Below, one piece after another: positions 63,967 through 64,000 of a stretch of DNA of 64,000 bases. Position 1 is the stretch's first letter; each line of letters opens with the position of its first letter. Under the pieces are notes generated by a model. The model did not search any database. It was given only the letters and a program-made list of their open reading frames with translations, and had not been told where the DNA came from. A program made the position numbers and the translations under genes. The stretch lies in the IMG/VR virus record IMGVR_UViG_3300010430_000003, positions 62,001 to 126,000 of that record. One strand, 5' to 3'.

Positions 63967-64000
63967 CACCAAAGGTATTGGTTTAGCTACTGCAAAATTG
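63941..64000 (+). CDS. short-chain dehydrogenase/reductase, N-terminus only (runs off the window)
   Basis: MKDMLITGSTKGIGLATAKL contains the TGxxxGIG motif. Confidence 0.7.
   Translation, partial: MKDMLITGSTKGIGLATAKL

Noticed and set aside
1-64000. Minus-strand and alternate-frame ORFs in the track
   Set aside because: They lie inside well-supported + strand genes and show no recognisable motifs; treated as shadow ORFs.
1-64000. CRISPR array, or a diversity-generating retroelement/integron explaining the mini-genes
   Set aside because: I saw no regularly spaced nucleotide repeats, reverse transcriptase, integrase, TR/VR pair or attC-like flanks in this window.
1-64000. Stop-codon reassignment as the cause of the many short ORFs
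   Set aside because: Core genes are full length in the standard code and end in TAA, TGA or TAG; adjacent small ORFs mostly lie in different frames.

Overview
This window is 64 kb of a large, AT-rich contractile-tailed (myovirus) phage genome with T4-superfamily structural genes. Essentially all credible genes are on the + strand. The ~1.4-23 kb block is virion morphogenesis: neck, tail terminator, fibre/adhesin-like proteins, sheath, tube, tape measure and baseplate. The ~23-45 kb block is replication and nucleotide metabolism: a minimal PolA, a divergent tubulin-like protein, gp32-like SSB, RecA, ThyX, a 5'-3' exonuclease, DnaB, class II RNR, DnaE, dUTPase and IMPDH. The ~45-64 kb block is accessory: two MoxR-AAA + metallopeptidase/VWA modules, a CHAP endolysin, a phosphoesterase, GroEL, a holin-like protein, tRNA-Gln and a Dam-like methylase. 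Four unexplained patterns stand out. (1) About 26 small, otherwise hypervariable ORFs fill gene junctions throughout the window and share one N-terminal motif, [ILVM]-N-x-x-[ILV]-x-x-x-hydrophobic; they include a five-gene tandem array. (2) One of these carries a stand-alone copy of the major-capsid 'Gol' segment. (3) Two non-canonical tRNA-like RNAs have intact acceptor and T arms but rebuilt inner arms. (4) RBS-sequestering hairpins with a late-promoter motif in the loop lie in front of neck and lysis genes. All calls come from motif reading by eye; no database searches were run.
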